From Phoronis australis (lineage: Eukaryota; Animalia; Phoronida), in the NCBI GenBank assembly GCA_002633005.1, contig NMRA01000556.1, forward strand, positions 207,820-271,819: 64,000 nucleotides of DNA, given 5' to 3'. This document shows positions 40,001 to 52,984 of the stretch, in pieces. Within the stretch, counting starts at the first letter, position 1. The number at the start of each line of letters is the position of its first letter. The notes under the pieces are model-generated. The model did no database searches, was not told where the DNA came from, and saw only the letters and a program-made list of their open reading frames with translations. A program made the translations under genes and the position numbers.

Positions 40001-43000
40001 CTGTCGAAAATTGCGAAGTGCGAGTTTTCGACCATCTCTTTCGAAGCCTGGCTTCCTCTACTACTGCCATCACCAGTACCACTAGTGTCATTGTTGTTAT
40101 CATTATCATTGTCATCGTCATCTTCATCGTCATTGTTATTATTATGTGTCTTCTAAAATCAAATTAAAATCAAAGAAAAAATCTGTTCACGAGCTAAGTT
40201 ACATGTATACAATGTAAAATGCCAATAATTACTATGACTCAAAAATCTAAAGTGAAGGATTAATTTGCGTTTACATACATGTATATATGTTGCTTTTACG
40301 GTTGATGGCACGTCGAATGCTCAAATTCGATATCTCGTTCTTGTCCTGTCCTGTTAACCTTGTTCCCATGGAAACAATAAAGTGATACACTCGTTCACAT
40401 TTCTAGCATAATCGAATCAACAAGTCGCAGTGTAAGTATTTAAACATAATGAATGCCATATTTTCACATTCCTATGTCTTTCATTATTTGTGGATAAGGA
40501 TAAGGCCAAGACACTTGTTGTTAAATGAACATTTTACAATGGAGTCTTAGTAGTTCGACAATAACTTTACTTGATACGTGGAGGGTGAAAGTATATGATG
40601 TGGCATAAATAAAATGTATTATCAATCACATATCGGCAGATATTCTAAAGATTAAAACAGTAGAGAACACCAAATTTATACACGTGTATTTTAGAAGTAT
40701 ATTATAACAGTTGAGCGCAAGTAAAATGCCCTTTGGTTATGAAGCAACCTACAGAAATGTCCAAATTTGGATATACTAGGAATATTCAGAAATGGATTCT
40801 TACAAAACGTCCAGACACTATGTTTTATACACTGTCCACAAAATGCCCGAATGGCTTTCAAAATATGACTTCTATGATTTTCACCAAAAAAGTTACGTAA
40901 TACTAAAACTAAATGGTAATTTAGATAAATGAAACAACATTTTTGAGCTTTCATCGTGGCTATGTTTATCAAACGAAAGATGGTCGCGTTGTTGATAGTG
41001 TGATTTGTTATGGATGAACATTTCTTTTTTATTTTCATTAAGGTTTACTCCAAAGATCTCTGCCATGTATAATCACGTGACATGATTCATGGGAGATGAG
41101 CACTGCCTCAAAACTGAAGTTCCACAAGCTTTTTGCCCTAAAAAAGTAGTGTTACTGAATCAAATTAACTGAATGCACACACTTGTCGATATGGTCTCCC
41201 TTGAGTGTACAATTTTTAACGATGAGACACCCAAGCCACTTCCACTCAGATATCTGTGTACCTTTTAAAACGTCTAGGCATCTCATTTTGTGAAAAACAT
41301 GTAGGCTTAGTCACCAAATTATACCAAAAAACAAAAAAAACGAAAAACAACAATGGTGACAACAACAACGATATCAACAAAATAACAACAACAACAATAA
41401 CAATAACAACAACAAGAAGAACAACAATATTGGTAGTAATTTAGTAGAGTGCAAAATAAACAGAAAGAGTGCACAGTTAAGTCTAGGTTCATGTAAATGT
41501 AGATATATCTGTTACACAACGTTAATTAGTACAGTAGTAATCCTACGTGTTGTAGTAGAGCATATTTGTTATGAATACACAAAATATCAAGTANACTTGT
41601 GGAATCTGTGTCTCCACATTGCCGATATTTCCATCAGTAGTAGAGTATATTTGTTATGAATACACAAAATATCAAGTAGTACAATACTGTTCTCACACAT
41701 TTTAACTGCAAACGCACGTGCTTAATTTGGACGTAAACTAATGATGAAGCACGTATACTTGAGTGTACACGTATTGTAGTCCAAGGCGTACTGAGTGAGC
41801 ACTGAAAAATATATTCACTGCATTCTGCAAACCAAATGGCAGTGCGTATTTCTTTAAATGTTGGGGTGCACCATTGCATACATTTCGATATTGTTTTACT
41901 CAGTTTTTTCGCGTATATACTGGCAAATAATTGATTTCGAATACAGGCGTAGCTTCGAGTGTAGGGCCCATGCCTAAATATAGGCGCCGACCGTAAAAAT
42001 AAAACGCTGTGCTTATCAGTGATGGAATTTTGTAAGAAAGATATTTTAAATATCTTAGAAGGATTTAGATTTTTGATACTTCAGTGACTCTCGCCTTTTC
42101 TGCAAGACTAGTTAACTATCTTCATTCAATTTCCAATTAGCTAGCAAGCTGGCAATCTGGCGTCGGCTATCACAAGCTTCAACCCGTTGCTAATCAATAA
42201 ATTCATGGAAAGTCGTCACTTTCCGGAATATCGGCCACTCGGACTATTGAACCAACCTCCAACTATATTTTTGCATTTTGTGTGCGCTAAATAGTACGCC
42301 TCAATCTCGAAGAAATATTTTGAGCCTAACATCGCAGAAATTTAGCTTATTTAATAACCCGTCGTTTCTCAGTACGCTATATTCACAAAGTGAATTCCAA
42401 AATACTACCCACACTGCTTTGCGTGTCCGGTGGCGCCAGCTGAATGATTCATGAACTGCTGTCAACAATAAGATTCATTGATTGTTTACGTCCAATAAGT
42501 GCACTGTACATAAAATTTACGATTTTTGTATCTGGGCCTATGAAGTTATGTTTCTTGGCAAGTAAAAGGAACTAAAACCCAAAATAGGCGGGATGCGTAT
42601 ATATCGAATTCATTGTTAATCTTTCAAGAGGGTGTAAATTAGCTTTCTTGATTTTTTGATTTTGACCACTTGCGGTTACGAAAGTGGTCTCAAACCATTA
42701 CTTATTAAAAATAGGTGTCACTACTGTGCCTGGAAACATCTGGCAGCTCATTGGTGCTTTATACTGGAGCCTACAGAGGTCTACTTGTCACAAAGCGTCA
42801 TTTTATTCGCCATGCAAGGTCTCGAGCAGTTACGAATAGTCAGTTTGTTGCAAGAGTGTACATTGTATCGTTATATCTAACAGTGCGGTGCTAATTGCTT
42901 CGCGTGATATTGATGTTGTTAAAAAGGTGTTAAAAATAAATTTGTGTCCGAAGAGATGCCCTTACATGTACAGAAACACAGATATGTATCCACAATACAA

Positions 43001-46000
43001 ATATGTATCCACAATACAAATATGTATCCACAATACAAAGCGTCTCCGATGAGGTGGTTCTAACAAACGTGGGCGGCGTACCATTGGGGGGCTGGGGGGC
43101 TGTAGCCGCCCCACTTATTTCATTGCTGCGCCGCCCATGGACAAGGGCGGCGCACTCTTTAGGCGGCTGAGAGGCTATAGCCCTCCACTTATTTCAGTGC
43201 TGCGCCGCCCATGCAAACGTGCTGCGTGTGCGCTGCCGCCCTGTCCACTAAGCTCAGCGCGCTCAGTTAAAATTAGCATCTCCCGATTGATGATCGTTCG
43301 CGGAGTTCTCGGCCTTAGAGCACATGCATTTGCAAATAAAAACGTAGTGATCTCCTTTCAAGGCTTAGACGTTAGGCATTAACGGACGCCGGAAATTGTT
43401 CCAGTCTTGTTGGTTTGTACATAGTGCCGATTTTAAGTATCCATCAAACAAGCTACCCTCTGACACAGCGCCTCCTGTACTGAAAAGTGGTCCTGTCGTG
43501 ATGATGAACGACACACGGAATTCCGTGTGTGGCATTAATGTACATGTTTGGTCGGAAGTTCATCGATCACTTCGCCACCACTTGCACACTTTTGTGTACT
43601 TGTTTTAGTTTAACAACCGGGTAGGGTGCTCTTGTTTTTGTCTACTTCGATTACTGCCCGTTTTAATAAATTGCAAGTCTTCAAGTCAAAGGCGGTCGCC
43701 ATACTACGTAAACAGTAAACTGAAAGGGGTTTCCCAGATTTCAACCAATGGGAATGACTGAGTGTTATGACGTCGGTTTCATTACTTCAACCAATGAGAA
43801 GCCATTATAAACAACATTCCACAGTGCTACCTTTCGTAGTATTGTGAAAGAGTGTATCAAACAAGCGGGAAATGTAAAACACGTAGTCGGATGGCAGCAG
43901 TTTTGGGCCACATTTTTTAGAATCTGCAGGAAGATATTTGCTTTTATAATATAGTATCGACTTACATTATGCCTAGCGTTGGCAGGGAATTAATGGTTTC
44001 GCCCTGAAAGCTGCCGATTTTGCCACCTCTTTTCAGAGCCTCGCTTAATATTTCGGTTGAAGTGAAATGATTAAAATACGTGACAAAACGGAATTTGTGT
44101 CATCCTGTCTAGACTTTTCATTTCGTTCACAGTTTTCGGCACAATGGAAGAAAAGCAGCAAGTCTAGGACGTTTGCGCCGTCTAGCAAAATCCAGTGAAA
44201 CCTGGTCAGTGCGTCTCTTGGAGGTGATCGCTATTCGCGCATGTGCGAAATACAGTCATACTGGCAATTTTTCTCTATAATTTGAAAGTCATGTGACTAG
44301 CGGCCTGACTCAAGTCAGCAAATGGGCAGCCGGCAGATTGCATTCCTCTTGGATGTGAATTTGAGGCTTGAATAAAACCATAGATGATCGTTTGTTTCGC
44401 TATAATAAAAGCGTCGTGCGACCGGCTCAGTTGCTACCTGACATCTTTTGATAGATAGGAACCTCCTAACCGGCCTTAAGCCTGCATTTTCGTCATCATA
44501 AGCACGTGTATGTGAATAAAGCAGTAAGCATTGGTTTGGTAAGAACACATGCTTCGTATTAATGACGAAGCAACAGATTGTCCGGTGAACGCAACATGCT
44601 TTAAGTGTACATGTACGTTGACGGTGCTACAAAACCACTTGCTTAAACTCGGTATGTGGTTATAGTAATATAGTTATATGTTCGATTGGAAACACCTGTT
44701 AATAGTAGCCGGATACCACAAGTATGAGGAAAATGCCGATTGCAAATATCCCGAGGTTGTCACTGTTTGAAAACCATCAGAGGAAAAATGTCTGCACAAT
44801 TCCGGTCATTCTTATCCTTATCAATTCTAGTCATAATTTTGTAAGTCGTTATCGCCATCGGAATAGTTAGTATGACGATTGCTATCACAAGTGTTATCTT
44901 TCAGTATCGCTGGCTATTGCGTATAGGAGTGTACAACTAAAATTACGGTATTGTATGTCCTGGTCCCGAAGGAGAGGTTAACTCAACTTTAAACTAGCGC
45001 AAGTACTCAATACATGTACATGTATATGTCAACTGTTGGACTGCAAGGAACGTTTGTCTAAAAGAAAACGAATTTGCCTGGAATCACTTCTCTACATGTT
45101 GCGGTCGACGCGACCTTAGACTCTTGACTGTGTTTTCAAACTCGACCACTGTTTGATAAGCGACAGAGGGTAATAGACAAAACACGGCTACTTTCTCAAA
45201 CCCGTTTTAATTAGCGTGTTGTGTGTTTTCGCATATACTATAGAGAGTATCCGAATGAGCTTTTTTGAAGAATAACCTATTTCATGTTCGCATGACAACA
45301 TCAGTAACGTTTCGTGGTCCCGCGAATGTTTTTTTTGGCGAATGTACAATGTAGTTAATCTTCCTTCGAACGACCAATATCCGGCGTTATAAAAATGACT
45401 AACATTGTCACGCTGACCGCTTATCGACGACATCTTTAAACCATCCGCAATAGGCCTCATTTGTACGACATTATCAAACAATACAAATGAAATCAAACCA
45501 AATAAAGTTATCGATCGCTTTAATTGTCATTCATTTTTGACAATGATGATATGAAATATTTCCATCTGCAGTATTAATCGACATTATATGTCTGGAGTGT
45601 TAATTGTCACCTGTTCGAGTTAATCGCTATTTCAGAAGCATTAACTAAAGCCAACCATTTCAAATACAATGTGTGTTTGATGTTAACATCGGCACTACTA
45701 GACAGCCACGCCCAAGGCTGTCCTGTTCTTGTAACCCGTCGCTGCAAAACACAATGTATCAGACAGATCGGATAACCCGAAACGATGGAACGCTACCCAA
45801 AGCACAATACGGTTACAACAACCAGATTCAACTTATCGACATGGCTCAGAAACTTGACAAAAAAACAGCTGCTCGCCTCAATGGGAAAATGTTTGCTAGG
45901 GCCAGGTCCTCCGTCAAAGCCGAGTGAGCCCACACGTGACACTGTGCCGATTGTTATCTGACCAAACGAAAGACGGGATTGCGTTTAAGTGCAAAAGTGT

Positions 46001-46551
46001 GTGTATGGCATGTCACAATAATAGCCCTACAACTGAGCGCAAAACAATTGTGCGAAATACCTCTATAATGGCGTATTTTTTGCAGATCGCTGCTGCAAAC
46101 CAGTGTCACCCCCTAAGCAAGTTAGTGGCTCTTGAATTAGCCACTCCAAGTTATGCAAGCAAGATGTTGTCAACTTCCAAGCAACGTGTACATTATGACC
46201 GCTCCATTAAACAGCTAGAAATTCAGGGTTCTGGGCTGCTTTCTGTAGACTTTAGGAAACCACGACTGAAGCTGGGGCAATCACGTACTTCGTTTGTAAT
46301 TCATGGCTACATCTCGCGAATGCATGCGTGATCTTGCGTTTCTGCGAGTTTGTTGCGTCCACGGGACGTTTGTTTCTTTCGTATTATGTAAAATGGTCCT
46401 TTATCGTGATAGAAAACTTACCATTCTCTCCCTGAGCTTGGGCAGTGAAGCCGTCAAAAATATTGAACACCGTCCCAATGGTCAGCAAAATGAAGGTATT
46501 CATTATTATTGTCATTGCACTGGGACACACGTCCGTGTTCATATCCACCAT
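19018..46551 (-). CDS. Type I membrane protein: signal peptide, 4x PAN/apple, 2x CUB, Ser/Thr stalk, TM, FxNPxY tail; 11 coding exons, ~795 aa
   Basis: Minus-strand exons: 46551-46422 (signal), 30955-30713 (PAN1), 30431-30189 (PAN2), 29029-28760 (PAN3), 26595-26450 and 25745-25527 (PAN4, start of CUB1), 22969-22735 (rest of CUB1), 22095-21550 (CUB2 and stalk), 20975-20846 (TM LLAVLITLIAIVVCAAVAMFLCC), 19671-19594, 19165-19018 (..SFANPLY..EKL*). All are GT-AG with compatible phases; 2388 nt in total, with no internal stop. PAN motif CAxxC..FxCxxFDY..CxL; CUB motifs CGG..G.xASPNWP..Y...C.W.I and GFHAxY. Confidence 0.85.
23478..24624. mobile_element. Non-autonomous TIR DNA transposon (~1.15 kb) in an intron of the receptor gene
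   Basis: Left end aatagctcacttgcgagttt...ctgtgacgtcaccggaaagggggcaaaa is the reverse complement of right end ttttgccccacttcccgtgacgtcacag...aaactcgcaaaaggcctatt. No coding capacity; superfamily not assigned. Confidence 0.7.
37661..37722 (-). repeat. Degenerate tRNA-derived SINE head or tRNA pseudogene fragment
   Basis: Minus strand reads tagctattagccagcagagcgtttgacggcgaggcctgaggttcgattccgctcctgggccg, with B-box GGTTCGATTCC. No complete cloverleaf. Confidence 0.4.
40066..40145. repeat. Degenerate trinucleotide low-complexity tract (CAC/TTG/TCA)
   Basis: cattgttgttatcattatcattgtcatcgtcatcttcatcgtcattgttattatt. Confidence 0.7.
41325..41428. repeat. Degenerate (AAC)n microsatellite
   Basis: aacaacaacgatatcaacaaaataacaacaacaacaataacaataacaacaacaagaagaacaacaat. 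Confidence 0.85.
42980..43039. repeat. 19-bp tandem repeat, 3 copies
   Basis: (atatgtatccacaatacaa)x3. Confidence 0.9.
43068..43213. mobile_element. Two tandem ~72-bp minimal MITE-like units
   Basis: Units 43068-43139 and 43142-43213 each start c..gggcggcg and end ccacttatttca.tgctgcgccgcccatg, so each has self-complementary ends. Confidence 0.6.
46422..46551 (-). CDS. Signal-peptide exon, probable first coding exon of the PAN-CUB receptor
   Basis: MVDMNTDVCPSAMTIIMNTFILLTIGTVFNIFDGFTAQAQGEN is followed by a consensus G|GTAAGT donor. Its phase 1 fits the acceptor at 30955 across a 15.5-kb intron. The linkage is inferred, and the start Met could be 46551, 46515 or 46503. Confidence 0.65.
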
Positions 46552-47734
46552 CAAATTCTTCAGCACTGGCAAACCACTCGTCGATGACACAGAGCAATTA
46601 TCCAATTTGCATTTTCTGAGTACTCCTCTTTGCACTTTCCTTAACGGTCGCTAACTGAAAGCAAATCGAAATTTGAGAATTTGATTATAATTTCAACAAT
46701 ATATTGAAGTATAATCGTATTCACAAATGAAAGGAATATGTAATCCATATGCCAATATTCGTCGCTGCGAGCGTCGATAACGAGAATCATTCGTAAAGTA
46801 TAGCACGAGGGTCCGGCAGGAAATTACAATCGATAAATTTTGCACACGATAACTGAGTCCATGCTAATAATTTTTAAAAACGTAGAGATGATTCAATACA
46901 CTATTCTTAGAACTCCATGAATAGAGCACAATGTAAAGAAATACGCAACACTACTGAGTTGACCAGACAACGCAATTCCAGTGAAAGTGCGCATGCGCTT
47001 TCGCTTTCAGAAATTCTGGTATTTGGACGACAATGCCAGACGCAAATTCACTCGGTTTAGTGATCAGGATGATCACTTTTGATATTGGACCAGATCTTAC
47101 GGCTTTGTTCAAATAGACAATACAGTCCGCATACCGAACGCGTCAAGTATTCTGACTGCTAAGCCTGCGTTGCAGGTTTAAGATATTCTTCGCACAAATT
47201 TAGAACATGAAGAGTTTCGCGAGTCGAAATATATATTAACTAGAATATATACATTTCGTAAATTTAAACCATGTTTGTGTTTTCCTTATTTGACAATTCA
47301 TTTTTATGTTTGTAAAAGTGAGCGGGGTTTCCGCGGAATATGGCGGCAGTTGAGTGACTTCCCATAATGCATGAGCCAGATGTGACTCACTACCGACGAC
47401 GGCCTTTTTAGGTGGTGGCCTGGTACGCCACCATAAACAAAAACTGAACTAGAAAACTCGTGTCAAATTTAATTGATTTTGGAATTATCTGCCCTTGTGT
47501 TCAATGAGCATTATTTGATTTTAATTTCGACTGAGATAGCTTGTGTTGATATCTATGTGACGAAAAGGTTTAACTAAAATGAAGCCGAAAGAGTATGTTT
47601 AAGTCATTTTGTGTACAATTTGGGCGCAGTATAGTGTGACTATTATGTAGATATCGTGGACGTGTACGCGTTGCGTGACGAGTCTTGTTCTGTTTTGAAA
47701 GTTTTTGATATTCCGAGATATTATAACATTTCTA

Positions 47735-47955
47735 AACCCGGGTTTAACCTTTAGACTCTAACTGGAGCTCGAATGTATTTTTGGCATTTTCTGTTCTACG
47801 TTTGTACAAACTCGAGATAAGTGACTATTATTGGATGCTCAAGTGCATATAGGCTTACGTCGATAACTGTCTAATTCTAGTTTGGACATGCTGAACCCGG
47901 CAAAAAGAACGAGTCTGGACTCAGGCGTTGAAATATTTAGCAAACTGAGGTTTTT
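47735..47955 (+). repeat. Interspersed repeat, diverged copy of the sequence at ~6090-6290 (and 7123-7330)
   Basis: tttggcattttctgttctacgtttgtacaaactcgagataagtgactattatt versus tttggcattttctactctactttcgtgcgaactcaagataagtgactattatt. Confidence 0.7.
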
Positions 47956-49094
47956 TGCAGTCCGTATACTTTTTAGTTTGCATGCCATTAATAAATTAAA
48001 TTCCATCGCGAAGTACCACATATTCAACGCCCATGTTTATGCAATGAATTTATGGTCAGCACTTGTGATTTGCCAAGACAAACGTCGATTTCAGCAGATC
48101 CACTCTTATTACGAAATTGGTTGTTCCAATTATCGTTGTCGTTCTGACACACGAAGAACAAATCAGAGACAATTGACCTCTAAGTTGATACACATTAAAT
48201 TCAAATTTGGCTCTTGTCGTGCAACCAAACGCAAAATTGTATTTATTCTGTTCCCAGTATATTCAGGGTTGCCAGATGCTATTTTTTCTGACAACCACGT
48301 ACGTTCAATTTTGGAGCACATTTGAAAGTGACGATGGTGTTATTAAAATTCTAACGATTTGGAACGTTAGCCCCGATTTCTGGAGGTCCACAACTGAATC
48401 AGCATTCATACTTTTAGTTAGGTTGTGATATCAAACAATGTTGCTATAAAACGCAATTTGTGAGATAAACGCAGCTTCTTTCAAAAATCTGAAAATGTCT
48501 GCGTCTCAACAACCCTGTGCAATGTACGTTCACATACTCATAGCATATATGCATGCAATCATTTTCAATCGTTGTTTTCGCTCCTTGCTGTCTAATTTAA
48601 GGTAAACCTGCATTTTATTGTAGAGCACAAAGTAACAATCGACTTGTTGAATTCTCTACCTGGTTGTTCACCTCCTTGGTGCGCAAGAGCTACTCATGTC
48701 TAACGCGAAATCATCGACTTGTGCATTATTCTGGCGGGATCAGCATTGCACAGTTTATTTATGACGCCTGAGGAGGGGAAGCAACGCTGAGCGTGGCATT
48801 TGGAAAATTTCTAGTGCGTAAACAAGAACTTAGAAACCTGTTCTTCAAACGCCAATCAAGCGTCGTGAAATAGAGGTAGATGGATTATTTCGTGTTTTTA
48901 TTGTTGCGAAAAACACTGTTCACTCTCCACTTGGCAGGGACAAGGGAACTTAAACGAGTTAAATTTCCTAAACCTGTTAAACGCACTGGTGACGGATTCC
49001 AGGCGCATCGCATTCCTGGAGAATGCAAACTTGGTATAGTCCGCCTTGCGGGATGGAGGCGGGGCTGATTCCGTTCATGCATTGTTCAACTTTG

Positions 49095-49285
49095 TGAACT
49101 CATCTAGTATCGCTTGTGCATACACATGTATTTGAACACATCTAGTATCGATAGTGCATGCACATGTATTTGAACACATCTAGTATCGCAAGTGCTTGCA
49201 AATGTATTTGAACACATCTAGTATCGCAAGTGCTTGCACATGTATTTGAACACATCTAGTATCGCTAGTGCATGCACATGTATGT
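49095..49285. repeat. 38-bp minisatellite, ~5 copies
   Basis: Unit approximately catctagtatcgcaagtgcatgcacatgtatttgaaca, starting at 49101, 49139, 49177, 49215 and 49253. Confidence 0.9.
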
Positions 49286-49767
49286 GCACTACTTGTAAGA
49301 AAGACATCTTTCAAGTTAATTAATGTTAAATATCAAAACTAAATGATGATGTAGAAGCGACATAACACATTAGACGAAATAAATTTACAAAATACTTAAT
49401 GCTATACTTGACATAGCCCCACAAACGGCCACAAGGCCACACGTAAAATATCACCAGTTTTAAGAGGAAGGATTGGCAAAACCAACAGATTAATAGCGTA
49501 GCTTTTTAAAATCATGCTCAAATTGTTCAAAATGTCCCCCTCAGAGAAACAAAAACTACTAAAAAGTAAGAAAACGTAGCACGTGAATGTTAAAGAGACA
49601 GAGTAGCTCCGTACTCCCGTTTGGGAGACCCGGGTTCGAATCTTGGCTTTACTGGCTGACAATCGAGAATTGCACAAAAGTGTCTTCTACTCCTCCGTCT
49701 TACTAGTGAATGTATGCAAGGGATTGAAAAAGAATGCAAAAGCGATTTCCGGGGATGTGTTTTAAAA

Positions 49768-49834
49768 AATCTTAGTAAAAGGTCCACATTCTCAAAAATT
49801 CGAGCCCCCATGTTTTATGCTGGGTGCACACGTT
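49768..49834 (+). mobile_element. Right-end fragment of the 5296/55233 MITE family
   Basis: aatcttagtaaaaggtccacattctc...gagcccccatgttttatgctgggtgcacacgt matches 55340-55405. Confidence 0.65.
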
Positions 49835-52459
49835 AATGCTGATGGAATCTCGGATAAAACATTGATACAAAATAACATGGCGGTATAATGCGCCCAACGA
49901 TCACAAAATGGCGAGCAAAGTTCATGCACTGAATAATGGATTTATTTAAACTAAAATAAGCCAAGTAATGCCTACTCAAGGCTTATATATGGCAAACAGA
50001 TTTGGAAATTGGTACATCTTTTTTAAGAAATAAACTTATAATACAGCATTTTCTTTCTAACACACGGATCGTAACCTGTACAAGTTACGCGTCTCCAAAA
50101 TCCACCACGCCATCTTGCGATGTTTAAACTCCATCTTAATAACAAAAGACACGTGCGTAACCACTCCGCGCAGGTTCTGGTAGGCATGAACTGTTGGAAT
50201 GGCCATAAAGCTAACCAGTCGCATACTCACATAAGACGAAAACCGTCAAGCAGGTGTAATAGCACACCCGCCATTTGGAAATCTATGAAATGTGTATTTA
50301 CAACAAAAAATCTTTTGCTGCTTTTCAGCTAGAGATGGATAAAAGGGCCTATTCAGGGTGGGAGACGCTCGGGCACCTAGGCAACAAGGTTTTGGCCTCT
50401 TACTTAAAGCGTGGAAAAGTCGCTGGTGAAGTATTTGAATTGGATCAACACTGTCGGAATACGGCCTGTACATGTAGCATTCCAATATCCCATTTATATA
50501 TCGGGCGTTCCGTAATGACGTGATAAATCGTCGCGAGATAGCGACATTTACAATAGAAGGATATAATTTCACTAGTTTCACTTGAGAGTGTGTTGCGTCT
50601 TTCGCATCCTCCACCCCCCCNCCCCCCCCCTCCTCCCTCATCTGCCCCTCTCTCTATCCTGCTACTTTAACAGAGCACAGATGCAGTGTTCTACTATCTG
50701 ACGAAATGCTTACAATGTATCACTAAAAAGCCATACACTCACGACTAACCATAAACTAAACACACAGAGTCTTTTAATTGCAAACCCTTATTGTATATAC
50801 GTAAACTCGTATCCCGCAAAGACAATGTTCTCACCATAGGGATTTGCGCCACAATTGATATCAATGGGATCGTGGATGGGACGCACTTATGTACTGACTC
50901 ACCTTGAACAAACGAAGGTGTGGGCTTCTTCACTTCCCGGAACCTTTAATCCAAGTGACTCGATAGATTTTTTGCCCCTCCTCGACCACCGAGTGATTAA
51001 GGGCGAATCTGACGCACAAGCCTCTTGCTTAACTATCTAAATGAACCCTGACGGAGTTTGAGATCTCGCACTCTGCGAAACCTTGCCAACAAACAAGGCC
51101 TCGAAAATGTGTAAAATCCATTAAGTTATTTACCTAAGGCTATGAGGTAACGGTATACGGATCGACACTTTTCATCATGTTGATTAGAAACAAACAATTT
51201 ATCGGATTCAGGTATCACGAGGTATCTTGAGATTTTTTTGCGCCGCTTGCAAATCACTAGAAGTAAACATTGCGTTTTGATTGACTTAGTGCTTTCTCCT
51301 GGCTCACTTTCCTCGGGGCCGTTATGTAGGATCAGAAAACACACACCACACTCGCAATACTGATTGTAATGAATGGGAATGAGAGTGCATTTGAAGAGTT
51401 GGCATTTGAAACCGAAATTCTAGTAAGTACAAATTCGAACTAAATTTCATTCTTAGAATCAAATTGGAGGTTTGTGTTTTGGACTGGTCGTCCACATCCC
51501 ATATAATGTAATAATGACTGTCTGGTGACAACTATGAAGTTCTACTGTTTGTTAATAAAAATAAATTACCAACGATTTCAAACTGTTTGAGTTCGTGTAG
51601 GATTTACTGTTCAAATTATTAAGCTGAAACATCTACCATGACAAAATACTTGACTGCAGGCAATCTGAATCGAAACTTCAGCTCCATATTTTATAGACAT
51701 AAACAGTTACATGTATGAGTGCAAAAACACCTTCCTTGCGCATGCTGAGTTTTTTGTATCAGACCTCCGTTAAAACCATCGACTGCCTTTTACATTTACC
51801 TTGCATTTTCAAGCATAACACTTTTCCGTTAGACTGTGCTGGTTGAGATTTGAACATAACTAGAAAATAAGCCAACACAATATTCTTCGCTCATCATTCG
51901 CCGGCAAAATTCGGCTGACGTTTTCTGGACCACACCGTCGTGTTACGGCGAGATTAATCGCAAAGTATTCTAACATGTGTTCTGACAGTGACATTTCTAG
52001 CTATAATATCGCATGGTCGGTTGAAATAGAACGCCCGATTTTCATGCGATTTTTTCCATACGGCAGAAGCCATGCACGAAAATCGGATTACTTACTGTCT
52101 ACACAGTCCAAATGTGGTCGCCGACTTTGTACACTTTATACAAAAGTCTGGCTATGTAGAAAGAGTCTTTGTTGACCATACTTTATAATACAAATGCGCG
52201 TAACCCGCCCCAAGTTAGCCTTGCCTCTTTTCTTACTGCTACCGCTTCAGTCACGGGCGAGAGATTATTAAGCATTGTATAACCAGCGGCACTGCTAATG
52301 AGGCGGAAGTTCGTACGAGTTCCGCCTACACCATTAGGTAATAATTATTAGGAAAAAAGATTCGTGATTAACAGCTGAATCGGCTGCCACCATTAGCACG
52401 TCTCATCACTGGGGCTATGTAAGCGTAAACATGCTATGAAAACGGATATGGTTGATGCA

Positions 52460-52984
52460 GTGCTGCATATTTCTGATTTATGTCTGATATAAATCGGAAT
52501 TATGTATGACATGAATCGGATTTATATCTGAAATAAGTCAGATTTATGTCAGACATAAATGAATTTAGGTCTGACATAATTCTTAAATAATATCGTACAC
52601 AAGTCATTATGGTCAGCATTATTTTTCTATTTAAGTGAAAGATAAACAAGATTGATATCCGACATTATTCTATTTATATCAGACATGAATCGTATTTATG
52701 TCTGGCATAAGTCAGCCAATGAATGAGATTTCCCGTACCTTCATTGATTCATTTTATGTCCCATATAAACATAATACGGGTGGGTTTCAATATGATTTAC
52801 ATTCGATGTATGGTTGGCAATAATTTATGTTCGATATTATTCGAGAATTCTTTAACATATTAATTATTTTATAGACATTAATATTTATGTCTCTCATAAA
52901 TCTGATTGACGCCAAGACATAATTCGCATTGGTGTCAGATACAACTTCGATTTATGTCAGACACAAATCCAAAATGTGTAGCGC
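52460..52984. mobile_element. MITE/fold-back element with ~37-bp TIRs and many palindromic subterminal repeats
   Basis: Left end gtgctgcatatttctgattttatgtctgatataaatcg matches the reverse complement of the right end, gcgctacacattttggatttgtgtctgacataaatcg. Internal variants of atttatgtc(t/a)gacataaat recur at ~21-22-bp spacing. Confidence 0.75.

Noticed and set aside
41256-41519. Poly-Asn/Thr and poly-Cys ORFs (metallothionein-like appearance)
   Set aside because: They are translations of the (AAC)n tract.
41552-41678. 42-bp direct repeat
   Set aside because: The first copy ends at the N at 41594, so it is probably a contig-overlap artefact.
46445-46654. Plus-strand hydrophobic ORF (MKVFIIIVIALG...)
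   Set aside because: It is antisense to the signal exon, which has a consensus GTAAGT donor and the correct phase; no downstream plus-strand exons were found.
49095-49285. CRISPR-like 38-bp repeats
   Set aside because: Head-to-tail tandem units without spacers.
49595-49650. tRNA gene (GGTTCGAATC B-box)
   Set aside because: No acceptor or D stems; at most a SINE fragment. The same applies to 37661-37722 and ~60645-60710.
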